Positions 39,701 to 52,248 are shown, numbered from the stretch's first letter. The stretch is 64,000 nucleotides of DNA from Azolla caroliniana (GCA_043228905.1 JBHGNT010000020.1:8308001-8372000), one strand, 5' to 3'. Numbers and translations: made by a program. Notes: generated from the sequence alone by a model not told the origin.

Positions 39701-40733
39701 ATAAATCTGCATGGTGAAGCTTAAAACAATGTTGAACAAATAGTGTATCATGCTTTTTATCATCTGAAATGTAAAATATTGATTTCTTATGTAACTCACC
39801 GTCTTGCCTCCAATAGCAAATATGTACAAGTATTGTACATTGATCATTGTACCAATGCATTGATTGAACCTCATTTTGAACTTTAAATGTATAGTTTTCT
39901 GCAAAATCAATAACGGATACGATGACACCCGTTGGTAAGTTATTAATACATTCCTTGAACTGTGAATTTTGCCAATAACTCCGGAAGTTATGTGGAATGA
40001 ACTCCCCAAGTTGTACAATTCATGTACAATTCAACCTACATCAACCAATATATATAGCAAACATTAATATAAACTTGGTCAAAACACAAAGTTATGGAAT
40101 GTGAATTGATATAAAAAAATGGAATACCTCTGTCATCTCCAAGAAGTGTCTAGGGTGAATCTGGTACTTACCCTGACTTATTCGTTGTCTACACACGTCC
40201 TTCTTATTTGGTGAGACACGCGTATTTTTGGCCCAAAATGAATCCACTTTCTCAATAATCTCTTGAGATAAGGCATCACATCGTCGTCTACGTCCCAACC
40301 CCAACCACTTGAATTTGCTTGAGTGTATATTTCGGCGATGTTTCCTCAAGTTCCTTCTTTGAATACCCAGGGCTAAGGCAACTTTAGTTTCACTATATTT
40401 TTTTTCTCTCACACCGTTCACAACCATGTGTAGGGCTGTCCTCTTTGCAGCAAGTTTGTCTAAGCTCTCTACACCTTTCACTAAGTCTAGGGATGACTTC
40501 ATAGACTCCACAATCTCTTCTGAAACACATTGGTCCCTCTATTTTATTCTCTCCATGTCTTCATTCAAACTTTGATGGTGTAACACTCTACTGATAATAT
40601 CCCTACGATCCTCTTCACTAAATCTCTTCGTTATTTCTACCAAATAACGGACTATGTGAAGAACCACTCGTCTCTTAGTCCTTTCAGATATGCATGAGTT
40701 ACTTGACAACTCACTCTCGTTAGGAACCCCCAT
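36759..40733 (-). pseudogene. Sola2-type DDD transposase, three exons (40733-40128, 40035-39607, 37644-36759)
   Basis: Exon 2 reads VSVIDFAENYTFKVQNEVQSMHW...WSDGAASQFK...FIAR, spliced in frame (phase 2) to YFSLFNIRMQWNYFGSRHGKGEHDGAG; stop at 40539-40541 and apparent deletion/frameshift near 40010-40035. Confidence 0.85.
38180..39420. repeat. 146-bp tandem array (about 8 units) in transposase intron 37645-39606, AGTAC-rich
   Basis: TTCTCTTAAGGACGGAC recurs at 38341, 38487, 38633 (146-bp period); each unit has several AGTAC. Confidence 0.92.
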
Positions 40734-40966
40734 TCGGTCACTAGATTTATCTACAAAAATTAAGTGTCTTGCGAAAGTAGTTAATGTTATATAGACTCAA
40801 CCAAGAAAACACAATCAAATGTTTTTAAATGTGGCCTGCAAAGTGAGAAATATTTTGTTTCAAACATTAGAATTACATATCAAATATGACAAATGTCAAT
40901 TCTAAAAATTTAGTACTGAAATATGAAGAAATGAAACATTTTAGTACTGAAAATAAAAAAATGGAT

Positions 40967-41212
40967 GGAAGGAACCTCCAATGGTGGAGGGAGCGTTGGA
41001 TATGCCGCCTCGATTTGGTGGAAGGAACCTCCAATGGTGGAGGGAGCGTGGATATGCAGCCTCGATTTGGTAGAAGGAACCTCCAATGGTGGAGGGAGCG
41101 TTGGATATGCCGCCTCGATTTGGTGGAAGGAACCTCCAATGGTGGAGGGAGCATTGGATATGCCGCCTCGATTTGGTGGAAGGAACCTCCAATGCCACCT
41201 CGATTTGGTGGA
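40967..41212. repeat. 53-bp tandem repeat (about 4.5 units) upstream of the Sola2 transposase
   Basis: GGAAGGAACCTCCAATGGTGGAGGGAGCGTTGGATATGCCGCCTCGATTTGGT units. Confidence 0.9.
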
Positions 41213-41733
41213 AAAAGCCCCAAATCACCACGACATCAACTGCAATCGGTGGAAGTAAGAAAGTCGTTGTCGAAGAAGTCACTATTGGCTGCTGCCTAAA
41301 CCCTCAAAACAGTCTCTGTACCTCAACCTAAACCCTAACAAAAACAGAAACCCTAAAAAAATCAGAAATCCTCAACTCAAACTCTCCAACCAGATATGGA
41401 TGTCTGAGATTTAGATTGAAGGAAAATCAGAAACGTGACATGGATGTCTGTGATGAAAAGCTCAGAGGGATAGAGGAAGAGGAGTATGAGGGGAAGCGCC
41501 AAAACGACGTGAGGGGAAGCGCCAAAATCAACGTGAGGGGAAAATAGCCCCCAAAATGGAAGAACATCTCCTCACGTGTTCCCCCCACTCCTTCTATAGT
41601 AAATGACACTTGTACTACAGTCACCCCACTGTCCAAAATCGATTTTCTTTTTCTCTAATTTTTTTTCTGAATTATTCAGTACTAACAGTATTGAAAGTAC
41701 TGACAATTTTTGTGGCCAAAAACAGTACTTTTC

Positions 41734-41759
41734 TGGTACACCGTAGCGTGCTTCGACCC
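41734..41759 (-). repeat. Right TIR of Sola2-type element
   Basis: TGGTACACCGTAGCGTGCTTCGACCC followed by AAAA. Confidence 0.92.
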
Positions 41760-41841
41760 AAAAAAAGAAGAAGAAGATAGCGACTATTAAAACGACTAAA
41801 AGCATGCACAAACTCCTAGTTCAAGAACACGCGGCACCACG

Positions 41842-44791
41842 ATGGCTCACCGCCCAAGGAACCCTAAGCCACAAAAAGAAGGAAATAGAAGGTTTTCTGC
41901 ACAAAGCAGAAACACAGCGTCTAGCTATCAGCATTCCCATCGCTCCTCCTCACCTTCTTCCCCATCACATCTCAGAGCTCCAACTCATCACTGCTACCCG
42001 TCGCCTCTCCACGAACCTACCCTGGCGATGCCGATCTTCATCTCTACTGCCCTACGCCGATGGCTCGTGGAGAAGCGCCTGGATGGTTATATTCGGGTCG
42101 CAGAAGCACCTCCGCACCCGGACGCCATGGACATTGCCAGGCGTCTTAACATCGACACGATCACAAAATCTTCCATTCAGAAGAAGTCAGACCTATCCTC
42201 ACTAGGCGAAAGACATTTCGAAATACCTCCTACAGAGGCGTTGCAGCAGTATTTTGGCCCATACTCATCCTCCGCCAAAGCCTATAGAACAAAACAGATT
42301 CTGGATCCCTTCTTCCGTGAAGTTGCCAAGTTCCTACTGGAAGTAGGCTGCGTCCATGTCAACGCTTACAGGATGCCTGAACAGAAGGCGGGCATCATTA
42401 TCGACACCTTTGAGGGGCGTACAGTCGACTGGGGGTCATCACAGGGCCGGCGTTAAGGGAAGGCTTGCATGCGTACCAAGCAGGCAAAAAACTCAGGCCA
42501 ATCATCCAACAATACCTTACGGTACTGTTTCCACCCCGAGGCCTACCGGCACCACAGCCCAGCAGCCAACCACGGCCCAGCCCCGCTCCGCGAAACGCAG
42601 GTTAGCGGAGTTAGCGGCCCTAGAGTGGGAGGAGGAACCCCAACCGGCCCAACCAGACCCAAGGACAACACCTCCTACCGACCAACTGGATACACGAGCG
42701 ACGCAGGAGGAACAACCGAGACACCCCATGGAGGCAGCCCCAGAACCAGACACCGAAGCACAGGGGGAAAGCCCTAGACCCAAACAACGCAAATTGGACA
42801 GAAAGGATGGGCGGGGGTTGGTAAAAAACGCCCCCACAGATCCGGAGGCACCAACCGCAGGCGAAGGCCCCGTCACAGCAGAGCCGAATACCACCTTCGA
42901 AATCATCCGGGAGGCGCGGCCGATTATTATGACTCAGTCCCAGCGAGGGAAAGTCGTATTGATGGCGGAAAGCGAGGTTTTGGCATATCCAGATATTCCG
43001 GATACGGCCCAGGAATTCAACGCCCTCTTGCAGTTCGGTACCTCTTTCGAGCTCATGGAGTTCCTGGCAACACAACAGGTCAAAGCCGCCCAACGCATGG
43101 CCGAGGAGCATGGAGAACGACAGATGATAGAGCGCGCCCTAACACAAACAACGGAGAGCGACGATGAGGACTGGCTGGCTAGGGTCAGCAGACAGAGGAA
43201 CGCTGGGGTACGACGAGTAGGGATGGAGATACCACCCTTAAACACGGCCCTAGTCGAAGTGCATCGGGAACTGGCAAAGGTCAGCACGGGCGCCAAGGAG
43301 ATGGCCATAAAAAATAAGAATGTTTGGAAGAAGGTTAAAATGACCGAAGCTGAACTACAAAAGGCCAACGCACGCATCGCGGAGTTATAAGCTCATACGA
43401 CTATGGCGCAACACGAAACCCCGCCACCGAACCACGTTATCGACGCTCTCAAAGAAGAAATCGAGGCTCAGACTGCCATCGCCTCAAAAGCAAAAAGGGT
43501 CGTGCAACTAGCGGAATCCGAAATTGACCACTTTCGAGCAGAGCTACGCCAATCCTCCGACAGAGAAAAGGAGATACGGGCTAGTTACGGACGAAAGGCC
43601 GTAAAAACGCTTGAAGAGAAACTAGCTACGAAGGTGGCTCAGCACATCCGGACAAAAGACGACAACGCCCAATTACGAGAGGACGCGAAGAAATCAGAGG
43701 CAGCAATAACGGGACTTCGGGCCTTATTAGAGAAAAAGAAGGTATGGTTCGATGAACAGTTGGTAGTCGAACAAGACAGACGACATCAACTCGAAATCCG
43801 CCTAGACAATGAAATGGGGAAATTAGAAAAACAGCATGAAAAGGAATCCCAGCTGTGGGCGGGCCTAAAGGCCACGTATGAGGAAGCGGCAGCCGTTAAA
43901 TAGCAGGAAATCGCGAATCTCCAGAAGTTGATGGAAGACGCACGCAACCGTTGCCAGGCCATCACGGATAACGTGCGCATCCTTCTCCACACCAACCGGG
44001 AAAGGTTCACAACGCAATTGAAAACGGCGCTGGACAAAGGATGGATGGCGTGGGCAACCCAAGCAGCGGAATTGCACGCATATCGTGCGGACTGGGAGAT
44101 CCGGTGGAAAGACGACCGAGGGTTTTATATGCTAAACGAGGAGAGCATTGCGACTGTACAGGAGGACCTAGCGCAAGACTATCGCGCGTTAGCAGACCAA
44201 CAGTCCGAAGAACTCGCACAACTCCTAGATGATTTTGGTGAAAGTCAGGAGGAGCTATTTCACTAGATCACACAAACCGGCAACACGCATACAAACGAGG
44301 AACCCAGCGAGACACCAATTCTGGGCACAACCGAAGGAGAGGAACCTCAGGACCGATCACCAGCGAGGACAACGGGGGAGAATAGCGGGGACGATGGAGC
44401 GGAGTTCCCCACAAGACCAGACAGCGAAACGATTAACCAACAAAAGGTCCAGCCCACACCATCTTCAGAAAACGCGGAAAATAGTGCGTACCAGCCGGAA
44501 TCCCCGCCCCACGCCCAGGGACACACAAAAATGGCCAACACCGCGGAGGACGTAACAATAGAGGTGGAGCAGCAGCCGTCTGCAAGCACGCTACCGGCGG
44601 AGCCCAGCCCACGAACTCAAGAAGAGCCCACCGTACCCGGACCACCCGCACACGGCGAAGGCGACTCCGGGAGAAACCAGGCCGACCAAGCAGAGGAGCC
44701 GCACCACGATGCACCTACGGGCCCTACATCAACTCCGGTCGAGGACACCACAACAGAGACGAACATCCAGGGTATTTTGGAAGAAGATTAA
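41842..44791 (+). pseudogene. G1 extra sense ORF between integrase and 3' LTR (globular N-terminus, P/E-rich linker, long coiled coil)
   Basis: Consecutive pieces 41842-42456, 42356-43390, 43403-43903, 43928-44266, 44531-44791 joined across stops and a frameshift. Confidence 0.7.
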
Positions 44792-44838
44792 CGGGATGGG
44801 TCCGACGTGCAAAGGCACTGTCCCACAGGCGTGCCAGG

Positions 44839-45281
44839 TGTTGTCCACTGGAATAGTAACCGACGGCCAAAAGCGTAAGAATAAGAAACTATATAAAGCG
44901 TAACGTATGTAACGGTTCACGCGGGGGAAGCGTGAACGGCTAATTAGACCCTGCATATATAAAGGGCAGAAAACCTCGTAAGGAGGTGTGTGTAAATTTT
45001 GGGAATTGTAAAAGAACGCCTGATAATAGAATACTATCTTCTCTGAGTTTCTGTGTATAGCTACGGCTAATTCAGTGTCTGTGTCTCGGATACGTAATCG
45101 TGGTAGTACGTAAGCGCTACCTGTGATAAGGAGTCGGTTGTAGCCGTCTCCCCTTACACACGGAGGAATCACAGAGGTTCTCTTCTTACGTAGTATGATT
45201 AAGCTCTGTTCGTTGTTCCACACCCACCTTGGGGTCTAGGTCGAAGGACAGACCACGGACCGTGTTTCCTAGGAGGCAACA
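44839..45281 (+). repeat. G1 3' LTR
   Basis: Direct repeat of 9877-10319 followed by TSD CAAGG. Confidence 0.95.
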
Positions 45282-46524
45282 CAAGGCGAAACTGGCGGAA
45301 TATGAAGACGATTGCTTCGACGACGATGAATCGACTCACTCACTCGACAGTGAGTTCGGTGGTTTCGAGGTACCAATCGGAGCCAAGAAACCCCTCATCT
45401 CTGCAAATGAAAAGCTTTGCCGATCCACTCGTGAAAAGAACCCCTTAAGCCGATTGTTATACAAGTTCGGGATGGCGGAGTGCAAATCCGTGGCAACCCC
45501 GCTCGATCGTAATCTCAAACTAGATGCAAACTCCAGCACCAAAGCGTGTGAGCCGACTCAATATCGGCAACTCATCGGGAGTCTCATCTACCTCACGATC
45601 ACACAACCCGATCTCAGTTATTCGGTCGGTCTCATTAGCCAATTCATGCAAACACCACGTGATACTCACTTGGATTGCACTAAGCGAGTTCTACGATACG
45701 TGAGCGGCACAATGGATTGCGGCATCCTCTACAAGACCGCGATGCCAATACAACTCAAGGGGAACATAGACGCCAATTGGGCCGGCTACAAATCTGATAG
45801 AAGATCAACCTCTAGATTTGTTTTCTCCCTCGGCAGCGGAGCAATATCCTGGAGTAGCAAGAAGCAGCCTACCGTCGCTCTTTCGAGTACGGAGGTGGAA
45901 TACAGGGGTACAGCCGTAGCTGCGTGTGAAGCCGTATGGCTCAAGAGGATTTTGAAAGATCTGGGCATACCCATCAAGGATCTGACTTCCCTTTACTGCG
46001 ACAACATGAGCAATATCTATCTAGCTAGGAACCCGGTGTTCCATGCACGGACAAAGCACATCAAAGTGCACTATCACTTCATCTGAGAGCGCGTTCTGGC
46101 TGGCGATGTTGACCTACAACACATAAGCACCAATCTTCAAACGGCCGACATCTTCACTAAAGCCTTAGGAGCCGACAAGGTGTGGCAACTCATGACTGAT
46201 CTCAGATTGATGATCCCTGATCTGCCAAGCTTGAGGGGGAGTACTGAAGACACTACGCAATAACGTGTAGATTCCGCAACCACACACCGTTGCAGCAAAG
46301 AGCCGATCTACCGTGCAAAGCCGCGAAGAAAAACATAAGCCAAAGCACAAACTTCGCAACTATGCACGCAAGCTTAAGCACAGACTTCGTAACTACGCAC
46401 AACGCAAACTGGAGCACGGATTCCGCAACTCCGCATAAAGCGAGTCGACGCGGACTCCCGAACGTGAATTGAAGCGGATTTCGGATACCGTCTGAAACCG
46501 ACCCGACTTGAGCGTGAGGGGGCG

Positions 46525-46896
46525 TGTTGAGAATCAAGCTCAACTTGGTCTAGTGTGTGAACTCACCTTGAGAGTGAAGAGACACCTCAACGGTCAAGAG
46601 TCACCATTATGTCACCACTTTGTATTCTAGCATTTAGTATGAGTCATAGAATCATATTCTATGACACATAACTTATGAGCTTTCACATTCCCCATGCTCC
46701 ATGAGCCTTGTAGTTAATGAAGAGAGAGGGTGACTACATAAAGCACCCTCCTCCCATCTTGTATAATGTTGAGTGTTTCTCCTTTGCTAATATACTTAAG
46801 CTTGCGTATACTCTGTGTGTCTCTCTATCTCTATCTCATACACACATAGTTCACACCTATTCCGCTTCACAAGAATCCATCTCTTGATTCTTTACA
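46525..46896 (+). repeat. C3 3' LTR
   Basis: Direct repeat of 7875-8254 preceded by PPT. Confidence 0.95.
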
Positions 46897-49170
46897 CTAC
46901 CCTTTTGCTACTACTAGCGCAATTACGGTCCATACTGTCGTCATCTTTGCCATTGGGGCAAAGGTTTCTTCGTAGTCTACATCGTGTGTCTGTGCGTAGC
47001 CTTTTGCAATGAGCCGTGCTTTGAAGCGATTTACGGAACCATCGTCATTGTGCTTCACCTTGTAAATCCACCTGCAACCAATTGGTTTCTTGTTCGGGGG
47101 CTGAGGAACGAGATCCCATGTGTCGTTTTTGCATAATGCTTACATCTCCTCATTCATGGCGTTGACCCATCGCGGATCCTTTGCGGCTTCGGAAAGCGTT
47201 TCCGGTTCCCATACTGATGCTACCTTCATCATGGATGCGTAATGATACACCATGTACTCGTCGTAGCCATAGCGGTTTATAGGGTTCTTCTTGCGCGTGG
47301 ATCAGCGTGGCTTGTCATTTGTGGATTCTAGGGGTTTCTTCACGCCATCCGTGTGGATGTCAAGGCCTTTGACGTCACTGTCGAGATGGAAATGATCTTC
47401 ATACTCCTGCATTTTCACCTTGCCTTTGTCTAGTAGTGGACTTGGCCGAGATGTGCTTTTATCACTTGGGGGCTCTTGCGGTCCACTCAGCCGTGTTGTA
47501 CTTGGGTTGTCCTGGAACATCTGCGTGAGCCGATCCTCGGCTTCTATCCTAATTTCAGTGTCATCTGCGTCGAGCGGAGTCGAAGTATTCTCTGGTGCGT
47601 ACCAAGATGCGAACTCGTCGAAGACTACATCTCGACTGATACGAACTTTTCGAGTAGATGGGTTGTAGCATTTGTACCCCTTTTGTTTGAGCGAGTATCC
47701 CACGAGGATACATTTCTCCGACTTTGGATAGAGCTTTTGCCGCATATCGTCGGGAATATGTACTTAGGCGATTGAGCCAAAAATGCGGACATGCGATAAG
47801 TTCAGCTTCTTCCCAAAAAACTTCTCATGTGGAGTTATGTCATGTACTCCTGAGGTTGTGCACTTGTTCATGAGGTATACGGCCGTGTTCGCCGCTTCTG
47901 CCCAGTACGATTTCGGCAGGTTCTTCTCATTCATCATGGCTCGTGCGACTTCGACTATGTGGCAGTTTTTATGCTCAGCTACGCCATTTTGCTGAGGTGT
48001 ATGTCGACACGAGAACTCTCGTCGGATTCATTCCTTGCGGAGATACGCCGAGAACTCATCCGAAAAATATTCTTTGCCTCCATCTGATCGAAGGCAATGT
48101 ACATGCCGGCCCGTGGCTTTTTCCACTTCGGCTTTGAACTTCTGGAAGTGGCCGAACACTTGACTCTTTTGCTTCATCGGATAAATCCAGGTATTTCGGG
48201 AGAAGTCGTCAATGAATGTGACACAGTAACGACATCCGCTGAAAGTAGTTGTTTGGGCTGGTCCTCACACATCTGAATGTATGACATCCAGAATCCCTTT
48301 GCTTACATTCCGCTCTTTTGGGAGTGGATGATGGTGTTGCTTTCCGAATTGGCATGCTTCACACACGCCCATGTTCACCTTTGCCGTAAAGTTTAGGAGT
48401 CTGATTACGACTCCTTTTATCTACATGTTCTGAAGCTTCTGGAGATTGATGTGGCTGATTCTCTTGTGCCACAATTTTAAGTCAGTTTCGACTTTTTGGC
48501 CCTTTGCATACATAGCCGAGTTTACTTCGCTCGACTCAAGGATGAACATACAGCCTTCTCGTCTGCCGTGAGCTACGATTTGATCGCCTTTTCCAATGAA
48601 GCACCCATCGTTGTTGAAGCGTACCTGCATTCCTTGTTCTACAATCTGGCCAACCGAGACTAGATTTTTCGTGATGGTGGGAACATGCAGTACATTCTTG
48701 AGGTAGGTCTGTTCGCCATCATTTCCCGATATGCTATATTGGATGAGTCGTATCATCGCCTGTTTCGACATATCCGGGACGTTCGGGCTTCTGTAATTCC
48801 CGAAACCAATCTTCATGGGAAGTCATGTGATTGGAAGCTCCTGAATCGACAAACCATACACTATAAGGAGTGGAGGCGCTGGCTGTCGCAAATGCATACA
48901 TCGAGTGTGCTTCGTGCTTCATTATGAACATTCCGACACGGTCGCCGTAGTCAGAGTTCGTGGCATAATTTGTCAGTTGTCAACCTGCCTCACGTTTCTT
49001 CTTCTGGCACTCCTCTTCATAGTGTCCGGGTTTTCGGCAATACCCACACTCGACTAGGTTTCGACGATTGCTCGGTTCGGTGTTATGACTCCCCTTTTTG
49101 CCGAACTCTCTAGAACCATTTCTATCTGTTTACCATTGGTGAGAGTTATGCTCTTGATTTTGCTGATCAT
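46897..49170 (-). pseudogene. C2 gag end, protease, integrase and RT N-half
   Basis: WFVDSGASNH, LWHKRISH, SEKCILVGY, SRDVVFDE, FKARLIAKG. Confidence 0.88.
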
Positions 49171-52100
49171 TGTTAATCCTAGGGTCGGACAACAACCTAA
49201 CACAGGGTGTCCACTTAAGACACTTCACCAAAGGGTGTTACGGCAAGATGACTTACGACACAACGCTTAATTAGACCTTAATTGGTTAGTTAGCAACACA
49301 TCATTAACACGCGTAAGATATAACAATGAGTACAGAACGGTAATCAATACTGAAAGATTAAGGCAATAAGTTCTATTAATTATCCGCTGTCGATTACATT
49401 GTAACCGGGCCTTTATATAGGTCTCCGGTGCGAAGTACAAAACGGTGCCAACTGGCACCTTTTTGGGATCAGTCCGGATCTGGATCGCCATACCGATTCC
49501 GGTGTCGTGAAGAAAACCGTCCCGTAGCGCAATCGGTGCATAGCGTGCGTGAACCGGCTCTTCACACGTGCGCGCCCTTTAATGTATATAGTAGAGAATT
49601 AGGTACAAAGGTATATCCTAGGTAGTTAGATTCGGTAGGTAGGAAGTTAATGAGGGAAACGGCTCCCCTCTTGAAGCTATAAAAGAGAGGGAGACGCGGG
49701 GAGACGGGATCGCATGTTGAGGAGGACGAAGTGTTGTCAGACCGTAACCGAACGCTTCTCCTTTGTTCATTCTCCATCGCTCTTCTCTGCAGGATTTCGG
49801 GAGGCTCGTGCTGCTTCGAGGAACGCCCGTGTGCTTCCGGCAGCACCTCCATCCTATCCCCTTTCGTGCGCAGACGAGCAGGCATCGACATCTGTTCGCC
49901 GGCCTGTTCGGTTGTAACCGCTCGCGTGCTCTGTTGTTTTGTGTCATTTGTTAATATACAAACATTCGTGTCTCTCTGTCTCTGTGTCCGTTCATGTTTT
50001 CTGCGTTGACGGGCCGTGTCCCTGTGTTTCTTTGCTCATATGTTTCTCCCGCCTCGTTTCTCCACGCACGCGCGTAGTAACGCGACATATTTGGTGAACC
50101 CGACGTGAAACAGGCGGCAGAGGAGCAGAAGATGAGGGGGTCGGATCTTGCAGAGGCCATGGCTTCGGCCGTGGACCGGATAGTGAGCGCGCGCGAGGGC
50201 ACCGGCGCCCTTGACAGGGCTATTGAGGCGATCGTCGGTATGATCGGCCGGTTCAGTGGAAAGGATGCCACGAGTTATTTGGCGTCCTACCGGGCGGAGA
50301 TGTTGATGAGGGATATTCCGGAAGAGAGGCGTCTTGCCGGATTCCCTCGAGTGGCGATGCCGGGCATCCATGCGGAGGTGCTCGAGGTCCGGCCGGAGAG
50401 CCGGACCTGGGAGGAGTTCGAAGGACGGCTCCTGGAGAAATACGGGCTGGATGACGCGCTTCGACTTTCGAAGCGGGGCTTCATGGAGTGGGTGGAGTCC
50501 CCCGACAAAGGAAGAAATGCGTCGGCACTCCTCCGGGAGTTTGAGGATCGCTTTGCGCGCCTTTCGGCGCTCGATCGGACCGTTCTGGACACAAGTCGTG
50601 TCCTATTGTTTGTCAAATCGGTTGATGTACGGGATCGGGAGCAAGTGGGCTCCTTACTGGAAACTGAAGACGGGCTGACGGCCGACTGGGCCGCGGTAAA
50701 AAGAGTTTGCGGCTGTTTTGACAAACGGTGGGAGTGGGCTGATACAGGGGCGACCGGGGCGGGTCCTGTCGCAGCAAGGAAGCTTGAACCGATACCGCAG
50801 GCGTGACGGGAAGAGACCCGGGAGTGGCTCGAAACCGGTTCGGCTTCGACCGGCGTGGTCAGAGGCTCGTCTCGGGGAACAGCTTTGGAGGAGTTGACAC
50901 GGGTGGTAAAGGATCTCCAGATCGCCCAGGCTCGGAGGGAAGGTGGCGAACAGGCTCGTGACCGACGGCCTCCGGCAGGAAATAGGTGCATGTGGTACGA
51001 CGAGGTCGGCCACATCCAGAAAGACTGCGGGGACTTTGCGGAGGCTTTGAGAAGCCGGGTAGTGTACCTGTGGGAAGGTCGGGTGCACGCCAGCGATACC
51101 CGGAGGGCCCTGAACCGAAATGACGGGCGAGGGGGAATGAAAAGGCTGATGGAAGAGGCGGCGGCCCGGCACGTGGAGACCGTCCACTACTCGGCGTCGG
51201 CCGGTATTCGGGTCGGTGGCAACGAGGCCCGGAAGGAGAGCAAAGCCGGGTTCTGGCCGACGGTGCTGGAAGGCCTCGCCGGTGCCCGGCTAAAGAAAGA
51301 CGAGGCGGACCGCGCGGAGAAGCGGGTCCAGGAGGTAACCGGGTGCAGTGACCCGGTTGAAGAAAAGACGGGTTTCGTCGAAGCAGCTTGCCAGAACTAC
51401 GAGGCTCTGGTTGAAGACAAACGGGTAGGTAAAACTGGAGGGGCCGGATCCTCACAGAGATATGAAACCCGATTCAGGCCGAAATAGAACAAGGCCGATG
51501 AGACTAGTGCCCGGGATAACCACAAGAAGGGCGGATACTGGTTGGGCACGGAGATCGAAAGGACCACGGACCTACGAAAGGTCCTGGAAGAATGAATCCT
51601 TGACAACAAGGTGGAACTGTCGTTGCGGGAGGTGCTCGGAATTGCCAAGAAGGAGTTCCACAACTCCATTGTAGACTTGGTGAAGAGGAAGAGGCTGTCG
51701 ATGGAGACAGAACATGAAAGGCCGGTGGAGGTGGGGACGACGCACATGGAGGATATGGCGCTGGAAGACGAGTGGGCGGAGAGCCACTACTCGAGGCCAC
51801 ACTAGGCCCGAGCGACCACGGAAACCCCGGTGAAGATCGGAGATGTTCAGGAACCGGTGGTGGCGCTGGTGGACCACAGTTCGGAAATAAACCTGATGTC
51901 CATGGACTTCTACAAGAAGGGGAAATGGCCGATCAACACCAAGCACGGGTGGAAGATACGGGCGGCGACGCGCGCCACCAAGGAACTACACGGGGCCTGC
52001 CCAAACGTGAGAGTCAAGATCGGCGACGTCGAGATAGACCAACACTTCTTTGTGCAGGAGACGTCCTCGCACCCGGTCATACTAGGAGAACCGTACATTA

Positions 52101-52248
52101 CGACAGCGCGGATGGAGACCAAGGTGCTGGACAACGGGTCGGCTTACGCGAGGGTCAAGAGTCAGGACGGGCATCATTCGGTCCAGTTCTTGATGGTGCG
52201 ACCGAACCACGAGCGAAACCGCGAGTCCCTCGGTGGCGAGAACCGAGA

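Larger units (their letters stand above)
15815..41759 (-). mobile_element. Sola2-type cut-and-paste DNA transposon, ~12.9 kb net of nested C4/G2
   Basis: 26-bp TIRs GGGTCGAAGCAYGCTACGGTGTACCA (15815-15840; 41734-41759), AAAA flanks, GRG terminus; transposase motifs DFAENY, WSDGAASQFK, HGKGEHDG. Confidence 0.85.
9877..45281 (+). mobile_element. Ty3/gypsy non-chromovirus element G1 (~9.5 kb net) with extra 3' ORF
   Basis: 443-bp LTRs 9877-10319 and 44839-45281; 5-bp TSD CAAGG; PBS-like TGGCACGC at 10324 (tRNA-Arg type); gag-PR-RT-RH-INT order. Confidence 0.92.
7875..46896 (+). mobile_element. Ty1/copia C3, non-autonomous (~3.6 kb net; gag and most of RT absent)
   Basis: LTRs 7875-8254 and 46525-46896; PBS 8255-8266; PR-INT 8313-9876; after G1 the frame jumps from the INT linker (EKNP) to post-RT/RNase H at ~45443; PPT GAGGGGGCG at 46516-46524. 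Confidence 0.9.
4800..49170 (-). mobile_element. Ty1/copia C2 (outermost host of the nest); 5' gag and 5' LTR missing
   Basis: 3' LTR 4800-6555 (split by S1); RNaseH/RT ~6640-7869; frame resumes at 46897 (AKG*|HLHQMDV) with RT N-terminus, INT, PR and gag knuckle (CGYCRKPGH) to ~49170. Confidence 0.85.

Noticed and set aside
40873-41331. Several overlapping repetitive ORFs
   Set aside because: By-products of the 53-bp tandem repeat
41296-41358. Telomere-like AAACCCTA motifs (and TTTAGGT-like units at 63880-64000)
   Set aside because: Only scattered or imperfect units; at most telo-boxes, not a telomeric array
41842-44791. Retroviral env gene in G1
   Set aside because: No signal peptide or hydrophobic transmembrane stretch visible
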